NCBI RefSeq assembly: GCF_001194135.2
Contig: NC_069004.1
Location: forward strand, 33,188,021-33,235,486
DNA from: Octopus bimaculoides
Taxonomy: Eukaryota
Direction of reading: 5' to 3'
Length of the DNA stretch: 47,466 nucleotides
In this document: positions 9,936 through 22,305 of the stretch, in pieces
How positions within the stretch are numbered: the first letter of the stretch is position 1
How the letters are laid out: every line of letters begins with the position of its first letter
The notes under the pieces: generated by a model
Database searches by the model: none
What the model was told of the DNA's origin: nothing
The model's input: the letters and a program-made list of their open reading frames with translations, nothing else
Position numbers and translations under genes: made by a program

Positions 9936-12900
9936 GTGAGTTCTCGCTCCATTCATTCTTATTTGTAATTGTTGTACTGTAAATTATACAATGTTCACTT
10001 TGTGGTAGAATGATTTATTATGATTTAATATGCACTCTTGTTAACATCTGCTGTAAAGAAAGACAAAAAAAAAATCAGGAACAACAGCGCATCATCGTCT
10101 TCCTTTATCACGTTCTATCTAAACGTTGAGTCTTCGTGTTTATGTAATAATATTGGTAATTATTCATCTCTGACATCGACACAAGGCCTCACATTTGCGG
10201 AAAGACTGAACAGGCTCTGATCAAAGACATTACAAATATGACCATCCTGTGTATATAACCCTTTTTCAGGGTTCGTTATTAGGGCTGCAGTATCTAATGT
10301 TTCTGTTTCCTGTAACAGGTGTAAATTGAGGAAAGGTTTGAATTCTCTCAGCGCATGAAACATATTATAAACGTCAAATTGTTAGGAATTTGTAACATAA
10401 ATGACTGTCTTGTGTTTAGGTTCAAACCGGTTTTTCTTTTTCTTTCTTTCTTTCTCACCTGGGGTGCTTTCCTTTCAGAAACGTCAGGAGAGGCCTGTTT
10501 CAAAATCGAATATGAGTGAAGGAGGTTTCTCCTCACCGCTAGTACAAAGGATTCCCTTGTGGGTCAGTGCCTTCTTAAGGCATCGGCACATTGGCAGTTG
10601 GTCAGGGGCCTCTTAGATCTAGAGGACCAATTCTGACACATGTATGTAGTGGTTAGCTGTCGATTATCTATTTAACCAACTAACTAATCAATTGTTCGAT
10701 TAATCGTTCGGTTCATCAATCAATTAGGTCGACCCTCCCGAGAAACAAAATATGTCTCAACACTCAAGTTCGCATCAAGAATTTTGCAAACCCAATACAA
10801 AAACGAAATATACGTACGTTATGAATTTCTTCTGATCTGTCTGACCTTGTATGGGACGAGATGTAAGGCGACTGAAACGACCCCAGAGTATTACTGATAT
10901 TATTCTATCAACAAAGGCATCAGTGTCGAAGTTACTCTTAGATGTTTTAAAAACTAGAGCAGGGTCCATATGGCTCTTGGAGGTCTAGATAAGATTCTGT
11001 TGTTAAAATTTATGTGCGATACGTTGGTTATATTTATACAATACATAACATATTTTAACAATTTTTGCATATAATTCCTTGTAATATTTATGAAAATATA
11101 ATAGGATTTTTTAAACATCAATCAAATGGTTATGTGGGTCCACTTGTAGAATAAGAATCAAAGGGGTTGATAGGGAAAGAAGGGTTGAGAAACACTGAGC
11201 TGGAGAAACGGGCTGTCTTCGATCTCTCGTTTTTACAATTCATCGATAACAATAACATTAATGTTGTTACTAATGTACTTCGGTTTCAGTCCTTACCAAT
11301 CGGATCTAGGATCAATTATTTTTCTGTGTTGACCATCTTAGTGCTTTCTTCCACCCAACTCCACAAATGACCATCCAGTCCTCTACAGCACTGCTCTGGG
11401 ACTACAGTATGTGATCCATCCTTCCTTTTTTCAAGACGGTACGTTGCGATGATTTGCGGGCAATTTGGTTGATATTTCTGGCTTAGCGAGCAACTGCGCA
11501 CGGAGCTCCTCTCGTCGGATCGTTGTTGTTTGTTATAGTAAATTATTATCGTTACTTAGCGTGTCGGACAAAATACTTAGCAGCGTATCTTCCGGCTATT
11601 TACGTTCTGTGTCTAAATTCCTTTCGCCCTTTTATGGTCGATAAAATAAGTACCAGTCGAATACTGGGGGTCGATGTAATCGACTTACACCCCACCCCCC
11701 AAATTTCAGGCCTTGTGCCCATAACTGAAAGAATTATTATTATTATTATTGCATGTTATGACGGTGGCGTGGTTGTTAGTGTTTATGCTCCGGTTAGATT
11801 TGATTGAGAAGGCTTCACTGGGATGGAACGCTTTCCAACAATGGCCATGCTGTCTATTTGAGCATTAGAGAACTTCATTGTTGTTACTTTTTGAGGTTAA
11901 TTTCAGGGACAGCTGACTGCTATTTCTAGCGGTTCCTCTGTCACATTGACCACGATAGTACCTTCGGGTTTCACCACATAATATAGAGTGATATCGTTTA
12001 TCTATGGAACCTTTCTCATCCTATTTATCTAAGGGGACCTCTGACGCCATATGGTCGATCGATTTTCTAGAAACAGCAGCCAAATCTCAAGTTATATGTG
12101 CCACCAGATAGCCAGGGTGCTTTGGATAAACATACCCGTTTGAATGAAATCCCCTTCATCGTTGCCCTACACCAGTGCTCCTCAACCAGGGTCCATATAA
12201 GATTTCGTTGTCAAAATTTATCTGCAATAAATTGATAAGGCTTCCACAATACACAAAATATTTAAACCATTTTTTAATATAATTCCTAATATAATTGAGA
12301 ATTCCATTCATGTTTCAGAAACTAACATCAGTGTTGGTGCAGTGATGAGGTCTCGCTTCCTGGCTGTAGGAAAGCGAGACCCACTTTATGTGGGTGTCAG
12401 GTTTTGTGTTTTTGTTATGTTCAGTGATCGAGGGTTTGTGCTGGAGGGTCCACTTTCAGACAGTTTGTCTTATTGAATTAACTGTACGTGTACATTAAGG
12501 CACTTGTCCCATTTGGAGATTGCTGAAATATGGAAAGATAATCTTTTTTCATATAGAAATCCTTTTTTTGTTTTTCCACTATCTTTTATATTCATACATA
12601 TATAAACATGCACAGACACACACACACACATCTGTTAAAACAGGACTTGTATGTTTTGAGTTAAAACCATCCTGAGTTTTTTGGGTTTTTTTTGTTGACA
12701 ATATTGATAATGTATTTGGAATAAAGTTCTTCACTTGACAACACATTAATGAACAGATTCCACTCTCCAAGAATCTCAACTTTTGTTCACTCACACACAC
12801 ACACATGCCTGTATATGTACAGCATGTGTGCTTCAGTAATATATATAGTAAGTTTGAGTTGGCTCCACATCAGATGCTCGTAACATGTGATGAGATGGAC

Positions 12901-13570
12901 ATATCCTTCACATCCATGAAACTTAAAGTTATGCAGAGCAGAGTCAAACTGTTATTAACAATATGCATAACTCCTATCAAATGTATTGAGTGCTACATGC
13001 TTTAGTTTGTTGTTTGTTCACTCACTTGTGTGTGTGTGTGTACCTAAAACTCATGCCAACATGGAAAATGGACATTAAATGATGATGATGATGATAAAAT
13101 GTGTTTCTGAGTGAAAGAATTTGGTTTGTGTTCAGTGTATGAAGTTCACACAGAATGAGAAGGCAATCATCATCATCATTTAACGTCCATTGTCCATGCT
13201 GGCATGGGTTGGATGATTTGACCAGGGCTGGCCAGCTGGAAGGCTGCACCAGACTCCTGTCTAATTTGGGATGGTTTCTACAGCTGGATGCCCTTCCTAA
13301 AGCCAACCACAACAAGAGTACAATGGGGGCCTCTACATGCCACCAGCACAGGTGCCATTTGCATGATACTAGTATCTGCCACAACTGCGATTTTACTTGG
13401 TTTGATGGGTCTTCTTCTCAAACGCGATATAATGCCAAAGGTTTTGGTCATTGCCTCCGTGACATATATATATGGCTGGTTTAAATGCCAAAGAGTTAAT
13501 CCCAGACTCTGAATATTAAAACATCCAACATGTCTTTTATTTGATCTTTTTTTTCCTTTCTCTTCTCCAG

Positions 13571-13701
13571 GAATTGACACCAGAATTAAGTTTAGCATTG
13601 AACCACCATTGGTTGGTGAGAACGCCTATGAACAATGGGTAGATGCTATGAAAGGGGTTGCACGACTCCCTCTTGGGATTCCTGAGGAATTCAGAAGAAA
13701 G
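13571..13701 (+). CDS. TBC1D30: TBC1D30 exon
   Basis: tctccag| ... AAG|gtaagc; IDTRIKFSIEPPLVGENAYEQWVDAMKGVARLPLGIPEEFRRK. Confidence 0.93.
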
Positions 13702-14736
13702 GTAAGCTTTCTCTTTTTGAGAAATTCTTTGGATTGTTTCACCATTGTGCTTCTGGCCAGTCTGGATCCTCTGCTACAGTGTCATTGATGTCATCATCAT
13801 CCTTTAATAACCATTCTCATCTTCATCCCTTTCCACACCGTTTTTACCAATCTCTTCCATCCTGTACCTCCATTTATCTTTCCCCCTTCTCTGCCATACT
13901 TCATCTTCAACCCCTCTCATATCTGCCATTCTTAACACCCTCTCATCTTCCCATCACACCCCACTCACTATAGCCACCGTTATGTATACTTACACCTCCC
14001 TCCCCACTGCTCCCATACTTTACACATCAGAGCCCCTTTTATCTCTCCTTACTTTACCCCCCTCCACATTCTGGTATTTCCCATCAACTTCAGCTTCACC
14101 TTTGTTCACCTCCACCCCTATCACTAACCACCTGCCACTCTCTTCCCCCTCTTATGAAACTGCCCCATCTCCTGTTCCCATGATCCACTGCCTTTATTCT
14201 TTCTTATGCTCACCTTTTATGTTGAGGGTTTCCTCTGGCACCCTATTACTACCATCTTTATCTTCTTCCCAGATATTCTTATCCACCTATATAAAACATG
14301 AGGTAGCCATAGCAACACACCTGTGCCTGTCCCTTTATCATACTTTGACCTCTCGACACCTGATATAAAATCCCTTGTCTCAAATACTTCCCTACACTTG
14401 GTCAAGGGCGATTTCTTTTTGGCCCTTTTCCTACTCTTTCCCTGTCTTGATGACCTCACTTGTGCCATTGGCACAAAAAAGGCCCCCAGTATACACTGTA
14501 AAGTGGTTGGCATTAGGAAGGCCATCCAGCCATAGAAACAATGCCGAAGCTGACATTGTTTTCTTATATGCCCGCTGCCCCTAAATTTAGGACCTGGTTT
14601 CACTCCATTGTGTGCATTCAAGATATTTTCTTTTCTATAAATCCTAATACATTTCTAACCTGATTTGTTTCTTGTTTTTCTCCCCAGTTTCCTATATTTT
14701 TCTTTTATTTATTTTTTTTCTCATTTATTTCTTCAG

Positions 14737-14862
14737 GTGTGGCTGAGTTTGGCTGACCATTATATCAAAGAGATCCATCTGGACTGGGAGAAAACCGTGC
14801 GATTTGCTTTTAATGATCGCTGCAATCCAGATGACAATAAACTTGGACTTCAGATTGTCAAG
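14737..14862 (+). CDS. TBC1D30: TBC1D30 exon
   Basis: cttcag| ... AAG|gtaagt; VWLSLADHYIKEIHLDWEKTVRFAFNDRCNPDDNKLGLQIVK. Confidence 0.95.
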
Positions 14863-15060
14863 GTAAGTTCAATTCTCTGAGTAATATCTCTTTTCTTCTG
14901 ACCAGCTACGTCCATTTAAATACTTTTATTTATGTTCTGTCTTAGCATTTAACATCCCCCCTATCTCTGCTTCTCTCTTAGAACATAAGGACTGTCTTTA
15001 TCAAACAATCAACTAATTTTGCCTTTTCTTTTCCTTTTTCTGCTAAAATTAATTTTTCAG

Positions 15061-15246
15061 GATCTCCATCGAACTGGTTGTCGCAGCTTCAGTGGCCATG
15101 ACAACGAGGAGGAACGTGCTGTTCTGAAGCGCGTCCTGCTGGCCTATGCCCGCTGGAATAAGAACGTTGGTTACTGCCAGGGTTTCAATGTGATAGCAGC
15201 ATTATTGCTGGACGTCTTTGATAGGAGGGAAGATGAAGCATTGAAA
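15061..15246 (+). CDS. TBC1D30: TBC1D30 exon carrying both catalytic fingers
   Basis: tttcag| ... AAA|gtaagt; DLHRTGCRSF...KRVLLAYARWNKNVGYCQGFNVIAALLL. Confidence 0.95.
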
Positions 15247-15384
15247 GTAAGTACAGTTCTTGGACCTTCTTTGACTTCCTATTTCATATCTTGGTGGTGG
15301 TGGTCATGGTATGCTGAGGAGAGTGGTTGTTTAGATCCAGGGCTGTGGAACCTAGCTGACCGTTTCTATTTTTGATTCTCTTAC

Positions 15385-15685
15385 ATTGTATCTAGGACAA
15401 CCTTGTCCATTGTGACCATTCCATTTTTCATTCAGGCACAGTGTATCTAGGATTACATTATCATATGTGGTGGTGGTCACCAGCTCCAGATATGTCTAAT
15501 CTAACAGTGCACTCCTGTCCAATTGTGACCATCCTGTCTTTCATTCAGGCATAGTGTATCTAGGATTACATTATCATGTATGTGGTGGTGGTCACTAGCT
15601 CCGGATATATCTACTGTAATAGTGTATGCTTTCCCTATTGTGACCATCCTGTTTTTCATCCAGGCAAAGTGTACCTAGGACTACA
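15385..15685. repeat. Tandem repeat, period about 113-115 bp, about 3 units
   Basis: attgtgaccat recurs at 15409, 15522 and 15637 with conserved gtgtatctaggattacattatca. Confidence 0.85.
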
Positions 15686-15883
15686 CAACAAAGGAAAATC
15701 CAGGTAATCTGTATCTATAACCCTGAAGGAATGAAGGGCAAAGTTGACCTTGGCAGGATTTGAACTCAGAACATAAAGAACTGAAAGAAATACTGTCCAA
15801 CATGTTAATGGTTCTTCTAACTCATTCCGTTAATTATATTACCTTCAATTAATTAATTAAATGTTTTGGTTTCTTTCTATCAG

Positions 15884-16052
15884 GTTATGGTTTACCTCAT
15901 CGACCACGTGCTACCTGACAGTTATTTTGCCAACAATTTGCGTGCCTTATCTGTTGACATGGCTGTTTTTAGGGACCTGCTGCACTGGAAGTTCCCTTAT
16001 CTCTCTCAGCACCTGGAAAATCTACAGAAAGCAGCTCAGGAAGAAGCATCAG
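15884..16052 (+). CDS. TBC1D30: TBC1D30 exon
   Basis: tatcag| ... G|gtaaga; VMVYLIDHVLPDSYFANNLRALSVDMAVFRDLL. Confidence 0.95.
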
Positions 16053-17514
16053 GTAAGAGAGGTTGTCTGTTCTATTTTTTAAAGATTATTTTATATATTC
16101 AAGGGTGTGAGTATGGTTGGGTAGTTAAGAAGCTTGCTTCCTAACCATGTGGCTTCAGGTTCAATCCCACCACATGGTACCTTGGAACATGTGTCTTTTA
16201 TTATAGCCCTGGGCTGACCAAAGCCTTAAGAGACTGAAAGAAGTCCCTTGAATATATCATCATCCTTTAACATCTGTTTCCTATGCTGTCATGGGTTGGA
16301 CGGTTTGAGAGCTGTACTGTGTTTAAGTCTGATTTGGCATGGTTTCTACAACTGGATGCCCTTCCTAATGCCAACCACTTTAGAGTGTGCTGGGTGCCTT
16401 GTATGTGGGACTGACATGAGTGCTTTTTTATGTGGAACCAGAACAAAACTCTTGCAGGCCAAAGGAAAATATTACCATACTCAGAAACAGGTGAGGGTTT
16501 GTAATAGGAAGGGCATCTGGCCGTAAATATAATATACCTCAACAAATCCTGTCTGACAAAAGCAAATACGGCAAAAGTGGGCATCAAATGATGATGATGT
16601 ATTTTAGGATCTGACTACTTTTGTAGTCCCCCTTTGGAATGTTAATATTTTTTGAGGGTATGATGAGGGCCTTGTCAAGGCTGTTGTAAGGAACGAGTAA
16701 TGTGGGTATTTTAAGGTTGTGAGGGATGTGTAATGTAAGCCTGATGAAGGCTTTCAATGTTTTGAGGGCCAACAGAATAAAGTATTGCTCAATTATTGAG
16801 GTTGATGGTATCAACTAAACCCCCCCCCCCCTCTGAAAATTGATGGGGTTTGGGTTTAAATTAGAAACTCTTATTGAGGGGACGGATGATTGAAATGATA
16901 ACACCTGGAATTATTTAGTTGTGAGTGAAAGTGGTGGTTGTGGTGGGGAACTAAGAAATGTAGGCAGGTATAAGAACTAAATGCCTTTCATTCTAGCATC
17001 CTGAGTTCAAATAACATTAGGGCCTATCTCACTTTTCATTATTCCAGGGTTAATAAAGTATATACCATTTATACCACAGTTTGAATCAGGTATACCCACA
17101 CACATTTTAAAATTTCATTTTTTTTTTTTAATGCTTTGGAATAACAAATTAATATTTTTGTTTAACTCTTTTGTCACCATAATTCTGTTGAAATGCACTG
17201 CCTTTGAATTTCAAAATGAAGAATTTACTAAAATAACTTTGTCATTAATTGAGCTGGTGTATGGAACATAATAAATTAACATAAAATGAATGAAGCTTTT
17301 TATTTAGATCACTTTAACCCTTTTGTTACCATATCTCTGTCTAAATACATGGACTTCATTATCATCGTTGTTTAGCGTCCACTTTCCATGCTAGCATGGG
17401 TTGGACGATTTGACTGAGGACTGGTGAGCCAGATGGCTACACCAGGCTCCAATCTGATTTGGCAGAGTTTCTACAGCTGGATGCTCTTCAAAGAATTTTA
17501 ATAAAATAAAATTG

Positions 17515-17651
17515 AAAATTTCTATTTGTAAATCTCTTAATGAGAGATATTCAGTAACAATACTGTAGAGTAAAGATTATTTACCAATGTTATGTTTGCA
17601 AATAATCTTTACTCTAGAATACTGTTACTGAGATTTACAAATAGAAATTTT
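17515..17651. repeat. AT-rich intronic hairpin
   Basis: 22-bp perfect outer IR plus 32-bp inner IR with 3 mismatches; 17-nt loop. Confidence 0.85.
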
Positions 17652-17785
17652 CTACTTCTCCCTTGTTTGAAAATGTAAGTACACAGGTACTTACATTTGT
17701 GTTGTATAGCCAGCTGGAGACGATGCTTCCTGGGGCTAAATAACAATAATATTCTACTACCATGTTATTTTGGCAAATAATCCTT

Positions 17786-18125
17786 GCTGAGACCCCCTTC
17801 GGTCATGACTGACCCTGGGATTGTCACTAGAAAGTTACCCTCCCAGGCACAAGTCTGGGCAAGGTTGTTTATGGAAGACCAGCAGTCGCCCATGCATACC
17901 AGCCTCTCCTCTCCACACCACCAGTGTTATCCGAGGGAAAGGCAAAGGGGCCGATACAGCTTGGCACTAGTGACCTCGCAACTCATTTCTACAGCTGAGT
18001 GAATTGGAGCAATGTGAAATAAAATGTCTTGCTCAAGAACACAATATGCAGCCCAGTCCGGGATTTGAACTCACAACCTCACAATCATAAGATTGACGCT
18101 CTAACCACTGAACCATGCGCCTTCA
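17786..18125 (-). mobile_element. tRNA-headed SINE, family E, with 12-bp TSD
   Basis: TSD caaataatcctt at 17774-17785 and 18126-18137; head ggcgcatggttcagtggttagagcg...gtgagttcaaatcc; related head at about 41390-41510(-). Confidence 0.85.
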
Positions 18126-18605
18126 CAAATAATCCTTACTATCTAATAATAACTTTGCCATTATTAAGCTGATGTTTGGAACAATTTAACATGAAATTTT
18201 GATGTAAGACTTTAATGTAAATCAGTTTAAACCTTTTGCCACAAGAGCTTTTTGTTTTAATTTTCAACATAATAAAGAATTTAGCAACATGGTTATGTCA
18301 TTAAGCTGGTGTCTGGAACATAAGTTAAAATGAAATTTTGAAGGAGAATTTTAATTTAAATTAGTTTAAGCGTTTTGCCGAAATACTTTGTCTTTACTTT
18401 AAATAATTTTGAAAATAACGATGAATTTACTAAAATAACTTTGTTGTTATTAAGCTGATGTAAAGAGCATAAATTAAAATGAGTTTTGATGTGTTTTAAT
18501 TTAGATCACTTTATGTCCAAGAATTTGTATCAAAGAACCAGATATGGTATCAGAAAATGTTAAGTAAATCTGATTTTGAAACCATGTTTTTTCTTGTTTT
18601 GTCAG

Positions 18606-18777
18606 GTGCCATCTATGAGCCTCCATTAACCAATGTCTTCACAATGCAATGGTTTCTGACTCTGTTTGCAACTTGTCTTCCAAAGAAAACCGTTCTCCGA
18701 TTGTGGGATTCTATATTACTGGAAGGTTCTGAGATATTACTACGAGCGGCATTGGTAATCTGGAACAAACTGTCCAA
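18606..18777 (+). CDS. TBC1D30: TBC1D30 exon
   Basis: tgtcag| ... AA|gtaagc; AIYEPPLTNVFTMQWFLTLFATCLPKKTVLRLWDSILLEGSEILLR. Confidence 0.95.
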
Positions 18778-19563
18778 GTAAGCATACATGATTTCCATCT
18801 GATAATTCTCACATCTCTGTCTGTTAGGTTATTGGGGATTTAGTGGCCATGGACTCCGGTTCAATCCTAAGGTGCTGCATCATAACTGTCTTTTGTTATA
18901 GCCTGGGCTGTGTGTTGCAAACGATGGCTTTGTATTGTCTGCAAGCCATACTTGGTAACTGGACTTACCTGGCAAAAATGAGTAATCCTGCAATGGACCA
19001 ATGCCCCATTTGGGTGGGGGAGATATAAACACCAGGGAAGCTGGCCCTTATGAGTCAACATGACTCGAAAAGGTAACTTTACATTTTATCTTTAGTCAGC
19101 TGTAAATGGATAACCTGTGATGGGATTCCCTTCCAACCAGGGGAGAATGTTGGCTTGCATGCTTATCCAGCGAGGCAGCATCATTTGGAAACAAAAAACA
19201 ATGTGAAGCGCATTGTGACACAAACAGGATTCAATAAAGGAGACTCTATTTGGTCACTCAGTTTGCTAGAAATAGTAACCTCATCTCTCTTTCAGCTGTC
19301 CTAAAAAAACAGGAGGGACATGTTGGATAAACAAGTCTTAAATTGTCTAGAACAAAACGGGGATGGTCACTTCTAGAATACCTTTAATTTTTTGTCTGTT
19401 GTATATATATATGTGTGTCTATCATCATCATCATCATCATCGTTTAACGCCCGCTTTCCATGCTAGCATGGGTTGGAAGAATAAAATTCATGTTCAGTTA
19501 AATGAAGGAAAGAAAATGGAGATTTCAGATAAAAATAATTATTTATTATTAAAGAACTGGTAA

Positions 19564-19666
19564 TCTTTACTTCTTACGGCTGTTTCCATTCGCGTTCAAA
19601 AGGAAAATTACAAATTTATGCTATAAATTTGTATTTATGTTAACAGAATTTCATCAGAGAAAAAGA
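19564..19666 (-). ncRNA. Second minimal hammerhead ribozyme motif
   Basis: tctttttct-CUGAUGA-stem II-GAAAC-AGCC-GUA-agaagtaaaga. Confidence 0.5.
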
Positions 19667-19821
19667 TATACATTACGGTATTACATTCTGACCTTTCCGT
19701 TCATTCTAAATATATTACCTATTGATTTAAAGAAATTTTATTTCTCTGAAATATTAGGTATAGAACCAGTTTTTCCTTGAATGTAACCATCCCTTTATGA
19801 GGTTAACATGTCCTTCTAAGC

Positions 19822-19856
19822 CAGTGCTTCTCAAACAATCTGATGTGGCCTACCAG

Positions 19857-19895
<39 letters not shown>

Positions 19896-20135
19896 CCAAT
19901 TTGCCAGGGACCAGTAATATTTCTTAGTAATATAAATTTATACTGGAAGCAATATATATAATGAATATAATAAAAGTTGACAATTTTTTTTTTATCCTAT
20001 ATCTATTTTGTAAACAAATAATATTACATAAGCATTTTATAATGTTTCTTTCTTTTCTGGAAACTCACCACGTACCAGAAGCTGATAGCTCATGGACCAG
20101 CACCAGTCCATGGACCACCAGTTTGAGTAGCACTG
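19822..20135. mobile_element. hAT (Charlie-like) MITE
   Basis: TIRs cagtgcttctcaaac / gtttgagtagcactg (14 of 15 match); 8-bp flanks ttctaagc / ctcgaagc (6 of 8 match). Confidence 0.8.
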
Positions 20136-20324
20136 CTCGAAGCAATTTTAATAATTGTGTGTGTGTGTGTGTGTGTGTACACTGATATACATGCATTGCA
20201 TACAGTATGTATAAAATGGAGAGAAATGAGTTTCTCCTTATTGCTGTAGAATGTTCTTCTCATGTCCCAAGCTTTGTCGCTTTCTCTTATGTATCCTGAC
20301 ATGTCTGTCTGTCTGTCACCACAG

Positions 20325-20430
20325 GAGAATATTAATGGTTGGCAGCGCTGATGAGTTCTATACTCTCATGGGTGAACTGACCCAAGAAATGGTCAGTGGG
20401 GACAAGTTCAGTCCAGAAAAGTTAATAAAG
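20325..20430 (+). CDS. TBC1D30: TBC1D30 exon
   Basis: ccacag| ... AAG|gtaaat; RILMVGSADEFYTLMGELTQEMVSGDKFSPEKLIK. Confidence 0.92.
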
Positions 20431-20599
20431 GTAAATAACATCAATTCCATATTATTTTTATGTATATTTTAAGTCAGACGTGTGTTGTGTGCATGCATGT
20501 ATATATATTCATTACAAAAACTGCTTCTGTTGCTAATAGCTAAAAATAAATAACAATTAAGTTCTAACTCACCCCCCACTGACCTCCTCTCCGTTTCAG

Positions 20600-20837
20600 G
20601 CAATCTACTCAATATCACCATTCCCATTTCCACAACTGAGTGAGTTACGGGAGAAATACACTTACAACATTCGCCCATTCAGTGGGACTGCTAACAGTGG
20701 TAAGAAAGTGAACCAGTTTGATGGTGGTGGTGTGTCCATCAGTGACGATGACCTCGACGAAGAAGACATGGAAGCCATTCGCTGTTTCACTGGCCTCTTC
20801 AACCTCCAATCTCTGAACTCGGCAAACAAGGCAAAAG
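20600..20837 (+). CDS. TBC1D30: TBC1D30 exon (acidic patch)
   Basis: tttcag| ... G|gtttgt; AIYSISPFPFPQLSELREKYTYNIRPF...SDDDLDEEDMEAIRCFTGLF. An internal in-phase donor lies at 20700. Confidence 0.88.
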
Positions 20838-21085
20838 GTTTGTTTTTCACTTCGTTTATTTCTATTGAGAAGAAACTTGCCGTTGATGACAAAAGTTCTT
20901 GTGTGTGACTTAGAGGTGGGGGGGGAGAGCAAACTTCAGACGTCAGGATATCTTCTCGGGCCTCAGCCTCACCTTTCACAGAATCTCTCTTGTCACTATC
21001 ATCCTTGCTTCTCACTCTGTAGAGAAGGCAGTGAGCAAGCAGAGCCATGGGGTTGTGAAGTCCCTTTAGCCATGTTGAGGACATA

Positions 21086-21460
21086 CGCTCTTTTACTTGT
21101 TTCAGTCATTTGACTGCGGCCATGCTGGAGCACCGCCTTTAGTTGAGTAAATCGACCCCCAGGACTTATTCTTTGTAAGCCTAGTACTTATTCTATCAGT
21201 CTCTTTTACCGAACTGCTAGGTTACAGGGATATAAACACACCAGCATCGGTTGTCAAGCGATGTTGGGGGGGACAAACACACAGACATACATACATACGA
21301 CAGGCTTCTTTCAGTTTCAGTCTACCAAATCCACTCACAAGGCTTTAGTCGGCCCGAGGCTATAGTAGAAGACACTTGCCCAAGGTGCCACGCAGTGGGA
21401 ATGAACCCGGAACTATGTGGTTAGTAAGCGAGCTACTTACCACACAGCCACTCCTGCGCC
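21086..21460 (-). mobile_element. Full-length tRNA-headed SINE, family A (octopus OR-like)
   Basis: Head ggcgcaggagtggctgtgtggtaagtagc...gttccgggttcattccc (A and B boxes); body gtgagtggatttggtagactgaaactgaaagaagcc; tail gactgaaacaagtaaaagag. Confidence 0.85.
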
Positions 21461-22305
21461 TAAGAACATGATGACCTCTCTAGGAATGAGACCATGAAAA
21501 GTGCACCCCAGTACATTCTGTTAAGTGCTATAAGCCATGTCCTTGAAATGACTAAAGGGACCCCATTAGCCCCTTGTCTGCTTGCTTGCCAGCCTCTTTA
21601 CAGATCAAGAAGCATGAGTGATAGTCGAATAACAAAAAGGGAGGATGGTCATGGCTGTACTGGGCAGCCCAAACTCCTTGCTACACAACTGGTTAGAGCA
21701 CCATTTATGTATTCAGAAATGTAGGAGCCCTGTGCAATCTCTTGATCTGCTAGAAGCAGAAGCCAAACTTCCCTCACATCACACTCTGCTAGCTTAAAAA
21801 AGATGGCTTTTTTAGAGAATCTATAGTATTTATTGCCTCTAAATAGATGACTTGGTCATGGTTGGAGTGTCTAGTTGATCTGGCTTCTACAACAAAAACA
21901 AGGAGGTAATTTTGCACTTTTCTTACCATGTGTGATAAGTAGCTTGCTTACCAACCACATGGTTCCGGGTTCAGTCCCACTGCGTGGCACCTTGGGCAAG
22001 TGTCTTCCACCTTGTGAGTGGATTTGGTAGACAGAAACTAAAAGAAGCCTGTCGTATATATGTATATGTGTGTGTTTCTGTATCATAGAACTAGAGTCAG
22101 TTTAGGTGGGTACCAGAAGAGTTAATGGTATGGGGATATATTTCATCCAATTTATGGTTTCTAAATAAAAACTGAATCCTTCAAAGAATCAGAGAAAAAA
22201 TGTGTGAATGGGTGTGTGAGAGAGAAAAAGATTTCTATTGTCAATTTGAAGAACTGAATTTTAACTCTGCCGTTGACAACTAATCTGTTCTGGCAATTAA
22301 AACAG

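Noticed and set aside
13800-14330. Pyrimidine-rich block with 79-128 aa ORFs
   Set aside because: Low complexity; I could not assign it to a gene or a named element.
16735-16790. CUGAUGA followed by aggc...ggcc stem and AATAAA, Penelope-like
   Set aside because: GAAA core is missing, so at best a decayed relic.
21400-21460. tRNA-like A/B boxes in many repeat heads
   Set aside because: They continue into SINE bodies and do not form a full cloverleaf, so they are not tRNA genes.
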